A DNA stretch of 64,000 nucleotides from Neptunomonas phycophila (GCA_964224415.1 CAXQIE010000013.1:57198-121197), one strand, 5' to 3'. Positions 32,234-46,984 are shown, counted from the stretch's first letter. The notes: a model not told the origin generated them from the letters alone. A program made the numbers and translations.

Positions 32234-32821
32234 CTATTGCGCCGGTTGCTGGACCGGCACCGGCATGCGGTTGAACGACAGCGACGGCAGCTGGGTGTTC
32301 AGGCGTTGGATGACCATATCCGTGATGTCCATCTGAGGATTGGCCTCGTACACCGCCTCACCGCTGATCAGGATGCCGCAACCGCGCTCCTGGTAAACGG
32401 CGACCAGGATGGGATCGACCGCGCGGGCGATAGCCACCCGTTGCTGATTCAGGGTGTACTCCAGCTCCTGCGAGCGGGTCTGTTCCAGTTGCTCGGCCTC
32501 GGCGATGCGTTGTTGCACCGCCTGGCTGCGCTGGGCGAACTCTTCCTGGGGGATGGTGCCCCGGCCCTGCTGGAGGGCCTGGATTTCGGCGCTGATGGAC
32601 TGGCCATAGGGCTGCAGCTCATTGACGACTTCATCGGTCAGGCGACGCATGCCTTGCTGGACCGACTGACCGACCGTCGACTGCGCCATCAGGCGCGCAT
32701 TGTTATAGACGCACAGCCCCGGGATCACCGGGCCGGGGTTCTGCGGGCCGGCAGCCTGGGCCAGAACGGGCGTGGCCGTCAGGGTGGCCAGGGCAACGGC
32801 GGCGATTGCAAACAACTTCAT
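32234..32821 (-). CDS. OmpH/Skp-family periplasmic chaperone
   Basis: ATG at 32821. The signal peptide is MKLFAIAAVALATLTATPVLA. It has a Gln/Glu-rich coiled-coil core and lies between bamA and lpxD. Confidence 0.8.
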   Translation of the reverse strand: MKLFAIAAVALATLTATPVLAQAAGPQNPGPVIPGLCVYNNARLMAQSTVGQSVQQGMRRLTDEVVNELQPYGQSISAEIQALQQGRGTIPQEEFAQRSQAVQQRIAEAEQLEQTRSQELEYTLNQQRVAIARAVDPILVAVYQERGCGILISGEAVYEANPQMDITDMVIQRLNTQLPSLSFNRMPVPVQQPAQ

Positions 32822-32858
32822 GGTCTTACTCACATGGCGGCGTCGGGGGTGACGCCTC

Positions 32859-35300
32859 TTAGAACTGGGTGGAGGTCGAGAAGCGGAAGCCCTCGGTCTT
32901 GTCGTAATCTTCGCTGGAGAAGATTTTGGAGATGTCGAACCGGATCGGCCCCACCGGGGCGCGCCAGTGGATGCTGATGCCGGCCGAGCCACGGATCGAC
33001 AGATCGTCGACAATACGGGTATTGCGAAGACCCGTCGTGGTGTCGAACAGATAGCGGTCGTCCAGAACCCCGACGGTCCCGACATCGGTGAACAGCGAGG
33101 TCCGGATGCCGTACTCTTCCGGCAGGCCGTTCGGCACTGTCAGCTCCATCGTCCCGATGACGTAGAAATTACCGCCGAGAGCGTCCGTGGTCAGGGTATC
33201 GCGCGGGCCAAGACCCGCCGTTTCGAAGCCCCGGAAGCTGTTGCCGCCCTTGAAGAAGCGGTCATTGATCCGGACGGGGTCGCCGCCCCAGCCCGACACA
33301 TAGCCGGTCTGGAACTGGGCCGTGACCACCCATTCGGGACGGATGCCCCAATAGGCCGAGGCCTCGGCTTCGGTCCGGATGTAGTTCACGTCGCCGCCAA
33401 GGCCGGCGATGTCCTGACGGATGGTGCCGGCCCAACCGCGAGTCGGACGCACGGGATCGTTCCGGCGATCGACCAGGATGGTGTAGCCGGCCGAGGAGTT
33501 GACGAAGGATCCGACCTGATCACACAAGGCTGACGAGCCCTGTCCGCCGCCCCGGCAGAAGCTGGCCGGCACGATGACTTCGTCGGCCTTCAGGAAGTAG
33601 CGCGTGCTGAGCAGCGTATAGCCGTTCAGAGGATAGGACAGACGCAGGCCAGCGCCGGTCGACCGGTAATCATAGGACGAGAATTCGCTGAGGTCGTAGC
33701 GCGAGTGGAAGATGTCGAAGCCTGCTCGCAGGTCGCGACCCATGAACTTCGGCTCGGTAAAGCGGAAGTCGATGTTCTGACGCAGCGAGCCCCACTCGAT
33801 CCGCGCCACAACCGCCTGGCCACGGCCGCGGAAATTGCTTTCCGACACCCCCAGGTTGACGACGAAGGAGTCGACCGAGCTGAAGCCCGCCCCGACCGAC
33901 AGTTCGCCGGTAGGCTGTTCCTCGACGGTGACGTTGACCACTGAACGGTCGGGGGCCGAGCCCCGCACTTCCTCGATCGTCACATCCTTGAAGAAGCCGA
34001 GGCTGCGCAGATTGTTGCGCGAACGCTCGACCAGGGTGCGGTTAAAGGCATCCCCTTCGGTCAGGGCCAGTTCGCGGCGAATGACCGGGTCGATGGTCCG
34101 GGTGTTTCCGACCACATTGATGCGCTCGACATAAACGCGCTGGCCTTCGCGGACGTTGAAGGTCACGTCGACCGTGTCGGTCTCGGGATTCGGACGATAG
34201 CTGGGCGTGATCTCGACAAAGGCATAGCCGGCCGAGCCGGCAGCATAGGTCAGGGTATCGACCGCCTGTTCGATCTTGCCGCTTTCGTAGAGGTCGCCCT
34301 CGCGGATCGGCAGGATCAGCTTCAGGAAGTCGGCATTCAGTCGGTCGTTCTCGGTGACCACATCGACTTCACCGAAATTGTAGCGGTCGCCCTCATCCAC
34401 AGTCAGAGTGATGGAGAAGGCGCTGTCGTCCGGCAGCAGCTCAGCCACCGCCGACAGGACGCGGAAGTCGTAATAGCCACGGTTCGTATAGAATTCCCGC
34501 AGCTGTTCACGGTCGTAATCGAGGCGGTTCGGGTCGTAGTTGTCGTTGCTGGTAAACAGACGCCACCAGCGCGACTGCTTCGAAACCATGACCTCGCGCA
34601 GATCGCCGTCCGAGAAGGCCTGGTTGCCGATGAAGGTGATGGCCTGCAGACCCGTCTCGGGGCCCTCGTCGATCTCGAAGATGACGTCGACACGGTTCTG
34701 TTCGAGCTGCACGATCTTGGGGGTCACGCTGGCGGAAATGCGACCCGACAGGCGGTACAGTTCGACGATCTTGCCGACGTCGTCCTGAATGCGGGCCCGC
34801 GTATAGATCCCGCGCGGACGAATGGTGACTTCTTCGCTGAGCTTGTCGTCGCCGATGGCGCCGTTCCCCTCGAAGATCACCTGGTTGATGATCGGGTTCT
34901 CGACGACCTCGACGATCAGGACGCCGTTCTGGACGCCCATCTGCACGTCGGCGAACAGGCCGGTGCGCGACAGGGTGCGGACGGCGACATCCAGCACCAC
35001 CGGATCGACCGTGTCACCGGGCCGGATCGGCAGATAGGACAGGACGGTGGCGTCCTCGATGCGCAGGTTGCTGCCCCGCACCTCAATGGCCGTCACCAGC
35101 ACGCGCTGGTCCTGGGTCGGATCCTGGGCCGCCGGCGGGGCCTGCACAGGCGGTGGTGACGTTTCCTGGGCCAGAACCGGCCCGGCCAGACCCGCGCCGA
35201 TTACAAGTGCAACGGCGCTGGCGCGACCGGCGAAGGTGTAAGGGGCGGAAAAGGAAGACTTATGCATCACGGGTCCCATCGGGGGCTGGCGCCGGCTCAT
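32859..35300 (-). CDS. bamA: outer-membrane protein assembly factor BamA
   Basis: ATG at 35300 overlaps the rseP stop (TGATG). It has five POTRA-like repeats, a C-terminal beta-barrel and a terminal ...FSTSTQF. Confidence 0.95.
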   Translation of the reverse strand: MSRRQPPMGPVMHKSSFSAPYTFAGRASAVALVIGAGLAGPVLAQETSPPPVQAPPAAQDPTQDQRVLVTAIEVRGSNLRIEDATVLSYLPIRPGDTVDPVVLDVAVRTLSRTGLFADVQMGVQNGVLIVEVVENPIINQVIFEGNGAIGDDKLSEEVTIRPRGIYTRARIQDDVGKIVELYRLSGRISASVTPKIVQLEQNRVDVIFEIDEGPETGLQAITFIGNQAFSDGDLREVMVSKQSRWWRLFTSNDNYDPNRLDYDREQLREFYTNRGYYDFRVLSAVAELLPDDSAFSITLTVDEGDRYNFGEVDVVTENDRLNADFLKLILPIREGDLYESGKIEQAVDTLTYAAGSAGYAFVEITPSYRPNPETDTVDVTFNVREGQRVYVERINVVGNTRTIDPVIRRELALTEGDAFNRTLVERSRNNLRSLGFFKDVTIEEVRGSAPDRSVVNVTVEEQPTGELSVGAGFSSVDSFVVNLGVSESNFRGRGQAVVARIEWGSLRQNIDFRFTEPKFMGRDLRAGFDIFHSRYDLSEFSSYDYRSTGAGLRLSYPLNGYTLLSTRYFLKADEVIVPASFCRGGGQGSSALCDQVGSFVNSSAGYTILVDRRNDPVRPTRGWAGTIRQDIAGLGGDVNYIRTEAEASAYWGIRPEWVVTAQFQTGYVSGWGGDPVRINDRFFKGGNSFRGFETAGLGPRDTLTTDALGGNFYVIGTMELTVPNGLPEEYGIRTSLFTDVGTVGVLDDRYLFDTTTGLRNTRIVDDLSIRGSAGISIHWRAPVGPIRFDISKIFSSEDYDKTEGFRFSTSTQF

Positions 35301-36514
35301 CAAGCGAGCCCGCCGAGGAATTTGAACAGGTTCAGCTTTTGTAGATCGTTCCAGGTGGCGAACAACATCAAACCTGCCAGCAAAGCAAGACCGACCCTGA
35401 ACCCTGCCTCCTGAAAGCGGGCTGCGACAGGCTTCTTGGCAACAGCTTCATAGCCATAAAAAACCAGGTGTCCGCCATCCAGGATCGGGATCGGCAGGAG
35501 GTTTAGAAAGCCAATTCCGATCGAAAGTATGGCAGCGAAGCTTGTCATGGTGACAATCAGGTTGAAAGCGGTCGCGCCGGGGTCCGGATTGGCCTCAACG
35601 GCCGCGCTGGTCAGGGCGCCGGACGCCTTGGCGATCCCGATCGGGCCGCTCAGTTGGTCGCCGCTTTCGCGGCCCATGAAGATGCGCCCGATGTAGCGGA
35701 TGCTGGTAGCCAGCACGTCGACCGTCTGGGACGCCGCCTCTCCCATCGCCGCGATGGGTCCGTACCGGACATGACGTATCTCATCGAGTGCCGGAAGCAG
35801 GCCCAGACCGATGCGACCAACCGTGATGCGGCCGGCTACGGGGTCGATGACGGTCTGGCGTTCCGGAACAGCGATGAGCGTCAGTTCCTCGCCGCCCCGC
35901 TCAACCAGGAAGCGCAGACGGTCCCCGCTGCTCAGGGACACAATGCGGGTTACATCGCGCTGGTCCTCGATCTGACGCCCGTTGATGCCGGTAATAAGAT
36001 CGCCGGACTGGAAGCCCGCGGACGCCGCAGGGCTGCCGGCGGAAACCTGCGCCACCCGGGCAGGCTGGATCTGGACGCCGATCAGCGTGAACAGCAGGGT
36101 GAAGACCGCGATGGCCAGGACGAAGTTGGCCATCGGTCCCGCGAGCACAATCAGGGCGCGCTGCCAGACCGGCTTGAAATGGAAATAGTCGCGGATCGCC
36201 TCGGGGCCCTGCTCGGCGATGATCCGGCCCTTCAACTCGGCCAGCCCCGCTTGATCCGGCACGCTCGACGGGTCCAGGTCGCCGGAAAACTTCACATAGC
36301 CGCCCAGCGGAATCCACCCCAGTCGCCACTCGGTGCCGTGGCGGTCGGTGCGCGACAACAGGCCCCGGCCAAAGCCGATGGCAAAACGGTCGATCTTGAC
36401 GCCGAAGGCCCGCGCCACAAGGAAATGGCCCAGTTCATGGATCGTCACCACGACTGTCAGAACAAGCAGGAATGGCAGCACATAGAGCGGCGCCTGGGCC
36501 AGAAACTCGGTCAT
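35300..36514 (-). CDS. rseP: RIP zinc metalloprotease RseP
   Basis: The HELGHF zinc motif lies in the first TM. A PDZ region (GDLITGINGRQI) is present, and the C-terminus has NLLPIPILDGGH. Confidence 0.9.
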   Translation of the reverse strand: MTEFLAQAPLYVLPFLLVLTVVVTIHELGHFLVARAFGVKIDRFAIGFGRGLLSRTDRHGTEWRLGWIPLGGYVKFSGDLDPSSVPDQAGLAELKGRIIAEQGPEAIRDYFHFKPVWQRALIVLAGPMANFVLAIAVFTLLFTLIGVQIQPARVAQVSAGSPAASAGFQSGDLITGINGRQIEDQRDVTRIVSLSSGDRLRFLVERGGEELTLIAVPERQTVIDPVAGRITVGRIGLGLLPALDEIRHVRYGPIAAMGEAASQTVDVLATSIRYIGRIFMGRESGDQLSGPIGIAKASGALTSAAVEANPDPGATAFNLIVTMTSFAAILSIGIGFLNLLPIPILDGGHLVFYGYEAVAKKPVAARFQEAGFRVGLALLAGLMLFATWNDLQKLNLFKFLGGLA

Positions 36515-36551
36515 GCGGTCGCTCTATTTCCCCTCGTCGATCCGGACAGGA

Positions 36552-37748
36552 TCATGCAGCCTGCTCGCGACGGCCCAGACAGATCCGGGCCAGACGGCGG
36601 GCTTCCTGATCCACGGCCAGGGCCGCTTCACAGGCGTCTCCGGACCCTCCGACAAGGTCCGAAGCCGACGCCATTTCAAGGGTGTCGGCTATGACTGCGG
36701 CAATATTGAGAAAGGCCAGACGCCGGTCAAGGAAAGCAAGGGCGGCGACCTCATTGGCGGCATTGAAGATCGCGGGCGCCGCGCCTCCCGTTCTCAGGGC
36801 CTGACGGGCCAGGTCAAGCGCGGGAAATCGTTCGATATCGGGGGCTTCAAAGGTCAACTGCCCCAGTGAGATCAGATCAAGGGGCGGCGCCTGCCAGCCC
36901 ATGCGGTCGGGCCAGGCCAGGGCATAGGCGATCGGCGTGCGCATGTCGGGCGGACCCAACTGGGCCAGTGTCGATCCGTCCACGCATTCCACAAGGCTGT
37001 GGATAATCGACTCGGGGTGGACCACGACGTCGATCTTCGCCTCGGGCATGGAAAACAGCCAGGCGGCCTCGATCATCTCCAAGCCCTTGTTGGCCAGAGT
37101 GGCGCTGTCGACCGAGATCTTGGCGCCCATGCTCCAGTTCGGATGGGCCACGGCGCGCTCGGGCGTGACCCGTGCCAGTTCTGACGCCGGGGTCTGGCGA
37201 AAGGGCCCGCCCGAGGCGGTCAGCACCAGCTTGCGAACCCCCTCCGGGCGATCGTGGGGAAAGACCTGATGAATGGCCGAATGCTCGGAATCGACCGGCA
37301 GTATCCGTCCGCCGGCCATGGTCGCCCGAGCCATGAGAGCAGGACCACAGCAGACCAGACTTTCCTTGTTGGCCAGACCGACGATGGCCCCGGTTCCCGC
37401 CGCAGCCCAGGTCGACTTCAGCCCGGCCACGCCGACGATGGCGGCCATGATCCAGTCTGCAGGCTGCAGGGCGGCCTCGATCAGGGCCGCCTCACCCGCC
37501 GCGACCGGGATCCCCGTGCCCGCGAGCGCATCCTCCAGATCGGATTTCAACTCAGGCCAGGCCGTCACCACCAGGTCCGGGCGCCAACGGCGCGCCGCCT
37601 CGGCCAGGCGCTCGATATTTCGACCGCCGGTCAGGGCCGCGACGGTGAACCGGGCCGTCCCCGCGCGCTCGGCCTCGTCCATGAGCGCAAGGGTCGAACT
37701 GCCGACGGAGCCGGTGGCCCCCAGAACACTGACGCGGCGATGCATCAC
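36552..37748 (-). CDS. dxr: 1-deoxy-D-xylulose-5-phosphate reductoisomerase
   Basis: [14 protein letters not shown] is the NADPH-binding N-terminus and PVDSEHSAI is present. Confidence 0.95.
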   Translation of the reverse strand: MMHRRVSVLGATGSVGSSTLALMDEAERAGTARFTVAALTGGRNIERLAEAARRWRPDLVVTAWPELKSDLEDALAGTGIPVAAGEAALIEAALQPADWIMAAIVGVAGLKSTWAAAGTGAIVGLANKESLVCCGPALMARATMAGGRILPVDSEHSAIHQVFPHDRPEGVRKLVLTASGGPFRQTPASELARVTPERAVAHPNWSMGAKISVDSATLANKGLEMIEAAWLFSMPEAKIDVVVHPESIIHSLVECVDGSTLAQLGPPDMRTPIAYALAWPDRMGWQAPPLDLISLGQLTFEAPDIERFPALDLARQALRTGGAAPAIFNAANEVAALAFLDRRLAFLNIAAVIADTLEMASASDLVGGSGDACEAALAVDQEARRLARICLGRREQAA

Positions 37749-38569
37749 GCGGTCGCATCCGTGAGAATGAACAGGAGTCGGGCGCCCGCCAGGACGACAG
37801 CGGCGAACATCAGGCCGTCAACGCGGTCCAGCAGACCACCGTGGCCGGGGATGAGGCCTCCGGCGTCCTTGACGCCGAAGCGACGCTTGAGGGCGGACTC
37901 CCACAGATCCCCCGCCATGGTGGCCAGCGCCGCGGCAAAGCCGAGCAACAGGCCCCAGGCCCAGGTTGGACCAGGGAGGTCAAGCGGAAGCACCGACGCG
38001 ATCAAGGCCCCCGCCCCCGCGCCGGCCATGAGTCCACCGGCAAACCCCGACCAGGTCTTGTTCGGCGAATACCGCGGCCACAGCTTGGGCCCCTTGAGCA
38101 CGCTGCCCACAATGAAGGCCGCGACATCGGACGACCAAGCCACGACAAACACCAGAATCGTCCAGCTGAGGCCCACACCGGACTGGCCGTCGCGCAGCCA
38201 GATCAGCAGGATCGCGGGCCAGCCCAGATAAAGCACGCCATAGGCGGCATCGAGGCCCTCCTGCCGGACCTGTTTGGCAAACAGACCAGCGGCGGCGGCG
38301 GCCAGGACAAGCGTGACCAGCGCCGGCGACATGGCCCCGGTATGGGCGATGGCTGTAACTGCCACCAGCGACAGGGCCACGGCCCAGAAGATCGGCCCCG
38401 GACGTTCGCGCGCGCTCATCTCGGCCCATTCGCGGGCGAGAAGCACGCAGGCCGCCAGCATGATGGCAAGGAACCATAGACTGCCCGCCCAGATGGCGAG
38501 CACCGCCAGCGGGGCCAGCACCAACGCCGAGATCACCCGCATGCCGAGGTTTCCGAACGGAATCGCCAT
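37745..38569 (-). CDS. cdsA: phosphatidate cytidylyltransferase
   Basis: ATG at 38569 overlaps the uppS stop (TGATG). The protein is polytopic and has the C-terminal signature [27 protein letters not shown]. Confidence 0.9.
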   Translation of the reverse strand: MAIPFGNLGMRVISALVLAPLAVLAIWAGSLWFLAIMLAACVLLAREWAEMSARERPGPIFWAVALSLVAVTAIAHTGAMSPALVTLVLAAAAAGLFAKQVRQEGLDAAYGVLYLGWPAILLIWLRDGQSGVGLSWTILVFVVAWSSDVAAFIVGSVLKGPKLWPRYSPNKTWSGFAGGLMAGAGAGALIASVLPLDLPGPTWAWGLLLGFAAALATMAGDLWESALKRRFGVKDAGGLIPGHGGLLDRVDGLMFAAVVLAGARLLFILTDATA

Positions 38570-39351
38570 CAGGACACGGCCATCTGTGGCGTCGGTGCCC
38601 GACCCCCGAACCGTCGGTCGCGCCGGTGATACTCCTTGACGGCCTCGGTCAGGGCTGCGGGCCCGTAGTCGGGCCACAGGATGTCCTGGAACACCATTTC
38701 GGCATAGGCCGCTTCCCACAGGAGGAAGTTCGACAGCCTCTGCTCGCCAGAGGTGCGGATAATCAGATCGACCGGCGGTCCCCGGTGGGTCGACAGGGCA
38801 GCCCCGATGTCTTCCTCGGTGATTTCGGGGGCGCTTTCGTCCCGTTGGAGAGCCTGATGGACCAGACTGTTCACCGCATCGGTGATGTCGGCCCGGCCGC
38901 CATAGTTGAAGGCTACCTGAAGCAGAAAGCGGTCATTGTGGGCAGTCTGCTGTTCCGCGCGGTCCACGATGGCGGCGATGTCGTCCGGCAGTCCGCGCCT
39001 GCGTCCCAGGATATGGATCCGAACACCTTCGCGCTTCAGTCGGTCCAGATCGCTGCCGACATAGGCGCGGACCAGCCCCATCAGGTCCGAGACCTCCTCG
39101 GCGGAGCGCTTCCAGTTCTCGGTCGAGAAGCCGAAGACAGTCAGGCATTGAATTCCCAGATCGGCGGCGCCCCTGACCGTGCGCTTCAGCGCCTGGACCC
39201 CCTCGCGGTGACCGGCAGCACGCGGCAGGCCTCGCCCCTCAGCCCAGCGACCGTTGCCATCCATAATCAGGGCGACGTGGGCCGGTCCCGTGACCGCGTC
39301 GGTCCGGGAAAGCGAAGGCTGTGGCGCGTTGGGGGGGCCGGACGTCGTCAC
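38569..39351 (-). CDS. uppS: undecaprenyl-diphosphate synthase (cis-prenyltransferase)
   Basis: [13 protein letters not shown] and [15 protein letters not shown] are present. Confidence 0.95.
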   Translation of the reverse strand: MTTSGPPNAPQPSLSRTDAVTGPAHVALIMDGNGRWAEGRGLPRAAGHREGVQALKRTVRGAADLGIQCLTVFGFSTENWKRSAEEVSDLMGLVRAYVGSDLDRLKREGVRIHILGRRRGLPDDIAAIVDRAEQQTAHNDRFLLQVAFNYGGRADITDAVNSLVHQALQRDESAPEITEEDIGAALSTHRGPPVDLIIRTSGEQRLSNFLLWEAAYAEMVFQDILWPDYGPAALTEAVKEYHRRDRRFGGRAPTPQMAVS

Positions 39352-39905
39352 ACCTGCATGATCTCGGCTTCCTTGACCTTCATCATCTCATCGATGCGCT
39401 TGACGGCGGCGTCGGTGTCCTTCTGGACCTCGGCCTCCATCTTCTTCTGTTCATCCTGGCTGATGTCGCTGGCCTTTTCCGCCTTCTTGAGGTCGTCATT
39501 GGCATCACGACGCACGTTGCGCACAGCGATCTTTTGCTGCTCGGCATATTTCCCGGCCAGTTTGACCAGATCCTTGCGTCGTTCCTCGGTCAGCGGCGGG
39601 ATCGGAATGCGCAGGGTCTGGCCGTCCACGACGGGGTTGAGGCCCAGACCCGCCGCGCGGATCGCCTTTTCCACGGACACGACCATGCCCCGGTCCCAGA
39701 CATTGACCGTGATCATGCGGGGCTCGGGCACGCTGATGGCCGCGACGGCATTCAGGGGCGAGGTCGAGCCATAGGCCTCGACCTGCACGGGGTCGAGCAG
39801 GCCGGCGTTTGCCCGGCCGGTGCGCAGACCGGCGAACTCGTCCTTCAGCGCACCGACCGCCTTGTCCATGCGGTCGCGATAGGTTTTCAGATCGGGCTTT
39901 GCCAT
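39348..39905 (-). CDS. frr: ribosome recycling factor
   Basis: 185 aa. [12 protein letters not shown] and [16 protein letters not shown] are present. Confidence 0.95.
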   Translation of the reverse strand: MAKPDLKTYRDRMDKAVGALKDEFAGLRTGRANAGLLDPVQVEAYGSTSPLNAVAAISVPEPRMITVNVWDRGMVVSVEKAIRAAGLGLNPVVDGQTLRIPIPPLTEERRKDLVKLAGKYAEQQKIAVRNVRRDANDDLKKAEKASDISQDEQKKMEAEVQKDTDAAVKRIDEMMKVKEAEIMQV

Positions 39906-39931
39906 GTCGGTCTCGCTCTCGTGCTGTTCGT

Positions 39932-40678
39932 TCAGGCGTCGCTTCTAGCGCCGGACTGGATAACGGTGAAGGCACCTTCCCCGCGCAGCACCTTCTCGAG
40001 CGAGTCGTCCTCGCGGATCGAGAAAACGACGATCGGAATACCGCTGTCGCGCATCAGGGCGACGGCCGAGGCATCCATGACACGCAGGTCCCTGGCCAGC
40101 ACATCGTGATAGGTCAGGGTCTCATAGCGGGTAGCCTCAGGGTCCTTCTTGGGATCAGCGCTGTAGACGCCATCGACGCTGGTGCCTTTCAGCAGGGCGT
40201 CGCAGCCCATTTCCGCAGCGCGGAGCGCGGCCCCCGAATCGGTGGTGAAGAAGGGCGCGCCGACGCCGGCGGCAAAGATCACAACCCGGCCCTTCTCAAG
40301 GTGCCGCAGGGCGCGGCGGCGAATATAGGGCTCGGCCACCGCATTCATCGTCAGGGCGCTCTGGACGCGCGTCTGCACGCCCATCTTTTCGAGCGCGCCC
40401 TGCATGGCCAGCGCATTCATGACGGTCGCCAGCATGCCCATATAGTCGGCCGTGGTGCGCTCCAGCCCCGCAGCGGCCTTGGACACACCCCGGAAGATGT
40501 TCCCGCCACCAATGACGAGGCAGATCTCGACGCCCTGACGCGCCACACGGGCAACCGCCTCGGCCACCGATTCGACGGTCCCGATATCGATGCCGAACCC
40601 CTGATCGCCCATCAGGACCTCGCCCGACACCTTCAGCAGGACGCGCTTGTATCGATATCCGGACGAAGGGTTGGGCAT
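39932..40678 (-). CDS. pyrH: UMP kinase
   Basis: ATG at 40678. [13 protein letters not shown] and [10 protein letters not shown] are present. Confidence 0.95.
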   Translation of the reverse strand: MPNPSSGYRYKRVLLKVSGEVLMGDQGFGIDIGTVESVAEAVARVARQGVEICLVIGGGNIFRGVSKAAAGLERTTADYMGMLATVMNALAMQGALEKMGVQTRVQSALTMNAVAEPYIRRRALRHLEKGRVVIFAAGVGAPFFTTDSGAALRAAEMGCDALLKGTSVDGVYSADPKKDPEATRYETLTYHDVLARDLRVMDASAVALMRDSGIPIVVFSIREDDSLEKVLRGEGAFTVIQSGARSDA

Positions 40679-40813
40679 GTCATTTCCGTCAGCAAGCGAC
40701 CGCCCTTCGGACAGGCGGCCATAAACAAGGGGCGCGTGGGCCTTCAAAGCCCAACGCGCCCCCGTATGCAACGCTCCGATGACAGATCGGAACGGTATTC
40801 GACCAATCGGGCC

Positions 40814-41752
40814 TTAGCCGGCGGTCATCGACGCCACTTCGGCGGCGAAGTCCGGGCTTTCGACTTTTTCGACGCCCTCGCCCAGAGCCAGACGAACGAA
40901 TCCGGCCAGCTTCAGGTTCGACGAGCCGAGTTCCTTGGCCGTGTCGGCGACCAGTTGCTCGACGGTGACGTCGGGGTTCATGACGAACGGCTGCTTGGAC
41001 AGCACCACGTCCTTCTGGAACTTGGCGATCTGGCCCGAGACGATCTTGTCGATCATGTTCTCGGGGCGACCTTCTTCCCTGGCCTTTTCGGTCAGGACAG
41101 CGCGTTCCTTCTCGATCGCAGCGGGATCCAGATCGTCGGTGTTCAGCGACAGCGGCGCCGTGGCGGCAACGTGCATGGCGATCTTGCGGCCCAGCTCGCG
41201 CAGGGCAGCCTTGTCACCCGCGCCTTCCAGCGCGACCAGCACACCGATGCGGCCCACGCCCGGCGACACGGCGTTGTGGACGTAGGAGGCGACGACCCCT
41301 TCCTCGACCGAAAGGCGCGCGGCGCGGCGCAGTTGCATGTTCTCGCCGATGGTGGCGATCAGGCGGGTCACCTCGTCCTGCACGGTCGAACCGCTCTCGA
41401 GCGTAGCGCCGTGGATGGCTTCCACGGTGTGGTGCTCGAGGCCCAGCTGGGCGAACGACTTGGCTGCGTCCTGGAACAGATCGTTGCGGGCCACAAAGTC
41501 GGTCTCGGCGTTGAACTCGATGGCAGCACCGATTTCGCCCTTGCCGTCTTCACGGGTGGCGACGGCCACGAGGCCTTCGGCGGCGACGCGGTCAGCCTTC
41601 TTGGCGGCCTTGGAAAGGCCCTTGGCGCGCAGCCAGTCGATGGCGGCGGTGATGTCACCGTCGGTTTCCTGCAGGGCCTTCTTGCAGTCCATCATGCCCA
41701 CGCCCGAACGCTCGCGCAGTTCCTTCACGAGGGCAGCGGTGATCTCGGCCAT
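40814..41752 (-). CDS. tsf: translation elongation factor Ts
   Basis: ATG at 41752 has AGGAG 8 nt upstream. [27 protein letters not shown] is present. Confidence 0.95.
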   Translation of the reverse strand: MAEITAALVKELRERSGVGMMDCKKALQETDGDITAAIDWLRAKGLSKAAKKADRVAAEGLVAVATREDGKGEIGAAIEFNAETDFVARNDLFQDAAKSFAQLGLEHHTVEAIHGATLESGSTVQDEVTRLIATIGENMQLRRAARLSVEEGVVASYVHNAVSPGVGRIGVLVALEGAGDKAALRELGRKIAMHVAATAPLSLNTDDLDPAAIEKERAVLTEKAREEGRPENMIDKIVSGQIAKFQKDVVLSKQPFVMNPDVTVEQLVADTAKELGSSNLKLAGFVRLALGEGVEKVESPDFAAEVASMTAG

Positions 41753-41783
41753 GTTCAATCTCCTGATATTCGTAATGCGGGAA

Positions 41784-41808
41784 CGGCCGGGCTGGTTTAG
41801 CCCGGCCG
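41784..41808 (-). other. intercistronic stem-loop between rpsB and tsf
   Basis: CGGCCGGGCT-(5 nt)-AGCCCGGCCG forms a 10-bp perfect stem. No U-tract follows, so it is more likely a processing or attenuation structure than a full terminator. Confidence 0.35.
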
Positions 41809-41844
41809 CGTAACAGTTTGGCGGTCGCGGTGAACCGCCTGGCG

Positions 41845-42693
41845 TCAGGCCTCGGCCTTGTCCGCCTCGGCAGCTTCCGGAGCCGCTTCCTCGACGGCCG
41901 GAGCGGCGGTCTCTGGCTCGGCTTCAGCCGGAGCGGCCTTGGTGCTCAGGGCCGGCTCGGCCGGAGGGGCTTCCGAGGCGCCGATGTCGACGCCCGAGGC
42001 CGACTGGCCGGCGGCCAGACCGTCCAGAACCGCGTCGGCGATCAGATCGCAGTAGGTCTGGATGGCGCGCGCGGCGTCATCGTTGCCCGGGATCGGATAG
42101 GTAATACCGTCCGGATCGCAGTTGGTGTCGAGAATGGCGATCACCGGAATGTTCAGCTTGCGCGCTTCCAGGATGGCGATCGATTCCTTGTTGGTGTCGA
42201 TCACGAACATGATGTCCGGCAGGCCGCCCATGTCCTTGATGCCGCCCAGCGACAGCTCCAGCTTGTCGCGCTCGCGGGTCAGGGTCAGCAGTTCCTTCTT
42301 TTGGCGGCCTTCGCCACCGGTTTCCAGAAGGGCGTCCAGTTCACGCAGACGCTGGATCGAGCCCGAGACCGTCTTCCAGTTGGTCAGGGTGCCGCCGAGC
42401 CAGCGGTTGTTCATGTAATATTGCGCGCAGCGCTTGGCGGCTTCGGCCACCGGGTCCGACGCCTGACGCTTGGTGCCGACGAACAGCACGCGGCCGCCCT
42501 TGGCTGCCACGTCGCGCACGGCGACCAGCGCCTGGTGCAGCAGCGGGATCGACTGCGACAGGTCGATGATGTGGATGTTGGAGCGCGAGCCGAAGATGTA
42601 GCGCTCCATCTTCGGGTTCCAGCGATGGGTCTGGTGGCCGAAGTGGGCGCCTGCTTCCAGCAGGGTGCGCATCGAGAATTCAGGCAGAGCCAT
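41845..42693 (-). CDS. rpsB: 30S ribosomal protein S2 (with Ala/Glu/Pro-rich C-terminal tail)
   Basis: ATG at 42693. [29 protein letters not shown] is present. Confidence 0.95.
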   Translation of the reverse strand: MALPEFSMRTLLEAGAHFGHQTHRWNPKMERYIFGSRSNIHIIDLSQSIPLLHQALVAVRDVAAKGGRVLFVGTKRQASDPVAEAAKRCAQYYMNNRWLGGTLTNWKTVSGSIQRLRELDALLETGGEGRQKKELLTLTRERDKLELSLGGIKDMGGLPDIMFVIDTNKESIAILEARKLNIPVIAILDTNCDPDGITYPIPGNDDAARAIQTYCDLIADAVLDGLAAGQSASGVDIGASEAPPAEPALSTKAAPAEAEPETAAPAVEEAAPEAAEADKAEA

Positions 42694-42876
42694 GATCGTG
42701 TAGTCCTTTTTCCGATTCATTCCGCCGCAGACGGGGAAAAGGACCGACGGGTCCCTCGGAACGGCTCGACCAGGATGTCTCCCCGGAACGCGCCACGCCT
42801 GCGTGTGAAGTGCGCGGGCATATAGGCGAAGTCACGGGAAAGGGCAAGCGGCCTGCCTCAAGCGATGCGAGTTCGG

Positions 42877-43238
42877 TCAGAGCTTGTTCAGGCCGTCAAA
42901 GCGGATCGTCTCGACGGTCCAGGGCTCGACGTCATCGAGGGTGCGGACATTGACCGCGATCATGTCGCGGCCATCGGGCGATTTACCGGCCCCGAAGGGC
43001 TCGACGCCACAGACCCGGCAGAACCGGTGGCTAATCACGTGCCGGTTGAACAGATACTCGCTCAGCCGGTCCTCTCCCCGGATCAGGCGGAAGGCATCAG
43101 GGGTGACAAAGCCCAGCATCAGCCCCTTGCGATAACAATGGGTGCAGTTGCACTCGATCACGCCGGACAGGTCCATATCGGCTTCGAAGGCCACAGCCCC
43201 GCAGTGGCAGGAGCCTTTGTGGGTCGTCGTGTCAGTCA

Positions 43239-43239
<1 letters not shown>
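42877..43239 (-). CDS. GFA (glutathione-dependent formaldehyde-activating / CENP-V) family zinc protein
   Basis: The Cys pattern GSCHCGAV...ECNCTHC...FCRVCG is present. Its start overlaps the dnaE stop. Confidence 0.8.
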
Positions 43240-46700
<3,461 letters not shown>

Positions 46701-46810
46701 CGACTGTCTCCCTGCCCTGCGGCACACACACACGATGACTATGGAAGGATTCTGGCCTCAGACACCCCGTCCGTTCCAATCCATCCCCAGCCGCGCAACA
46801 GCTCGGTGGA

Positions 46811-46900
46811 TCAATAGGCCAGCAGGGCCGCCTGCCAAGCCATCCAGACAAAGCCGCCGCACGACGCCAGCGACAACATTTCCCGAACCCAACGTGCCAT
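46811..46900 (-). CDS. unannotated 29-aa hydrophobic peptide, candidate SOS-induced small membrane protein (SidA-like division inhibitor / TisB-like)
   Basis: It is below the ORF-track size cutoff. ATG at 46900 has GGAGG (46911-46907) 6 nt upstream. The translation is MARWVREMLSLASCGGFVWMAWQAALLAY, ending at a TGA stop. Two LexA boxes lie 19-51 nt upstream. Confidence 0.6.
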   Translation of the reverse strand: MARWVREMLSLASCGGFVWMAWQAALLAY

Positions 46901-46918
46901 GATCTGCCTCCGTGTTCT

Positions 46919-46933
46919 GTTCTGTGTATGTTC
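46919..46933. promoter_or_regulatory. LexA operator (GTTC-N7-GTTC), proximal box upstream of the 29-aa ORF
   Basis: GTTCTGTGTATGTTC was read directly from the sequence. It has the same form as the boxes in front of lexA in this window. Confidence 0.7.
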
Positions 46934-46936
46934 TAT

Positions 46937-46951
46937 GTTCCTTTTCTGTTC
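46937..46951. promoter_or_regulatory. LexA operator (GTTC-N7-GTTC), distal box upstream of the 29-aa ORF
   Basis: GTTCCTTTTCTGTTC was read directly from the sequence, 3 nt from the proximal box. Confidence 0.7.
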
Positions 46952-46984
46952 CATGTCAATTGGCCCCGTTGAAACCGCGCCCTC

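Noticed and set aside
46914-46951. The five GTTC repeats read as Mu-type transposase binding sites or as the prophage terminus (TGTTCTG...)
   Set aside because: The 7-nt spacing exactly reproduces the LexA operator form seen twice upstream of lexA. The repeats also sit at promoter distance from an SD-bearing ORF. A better Mu-R-like terminus (TGAAGCG...) lies 34 bp further in.
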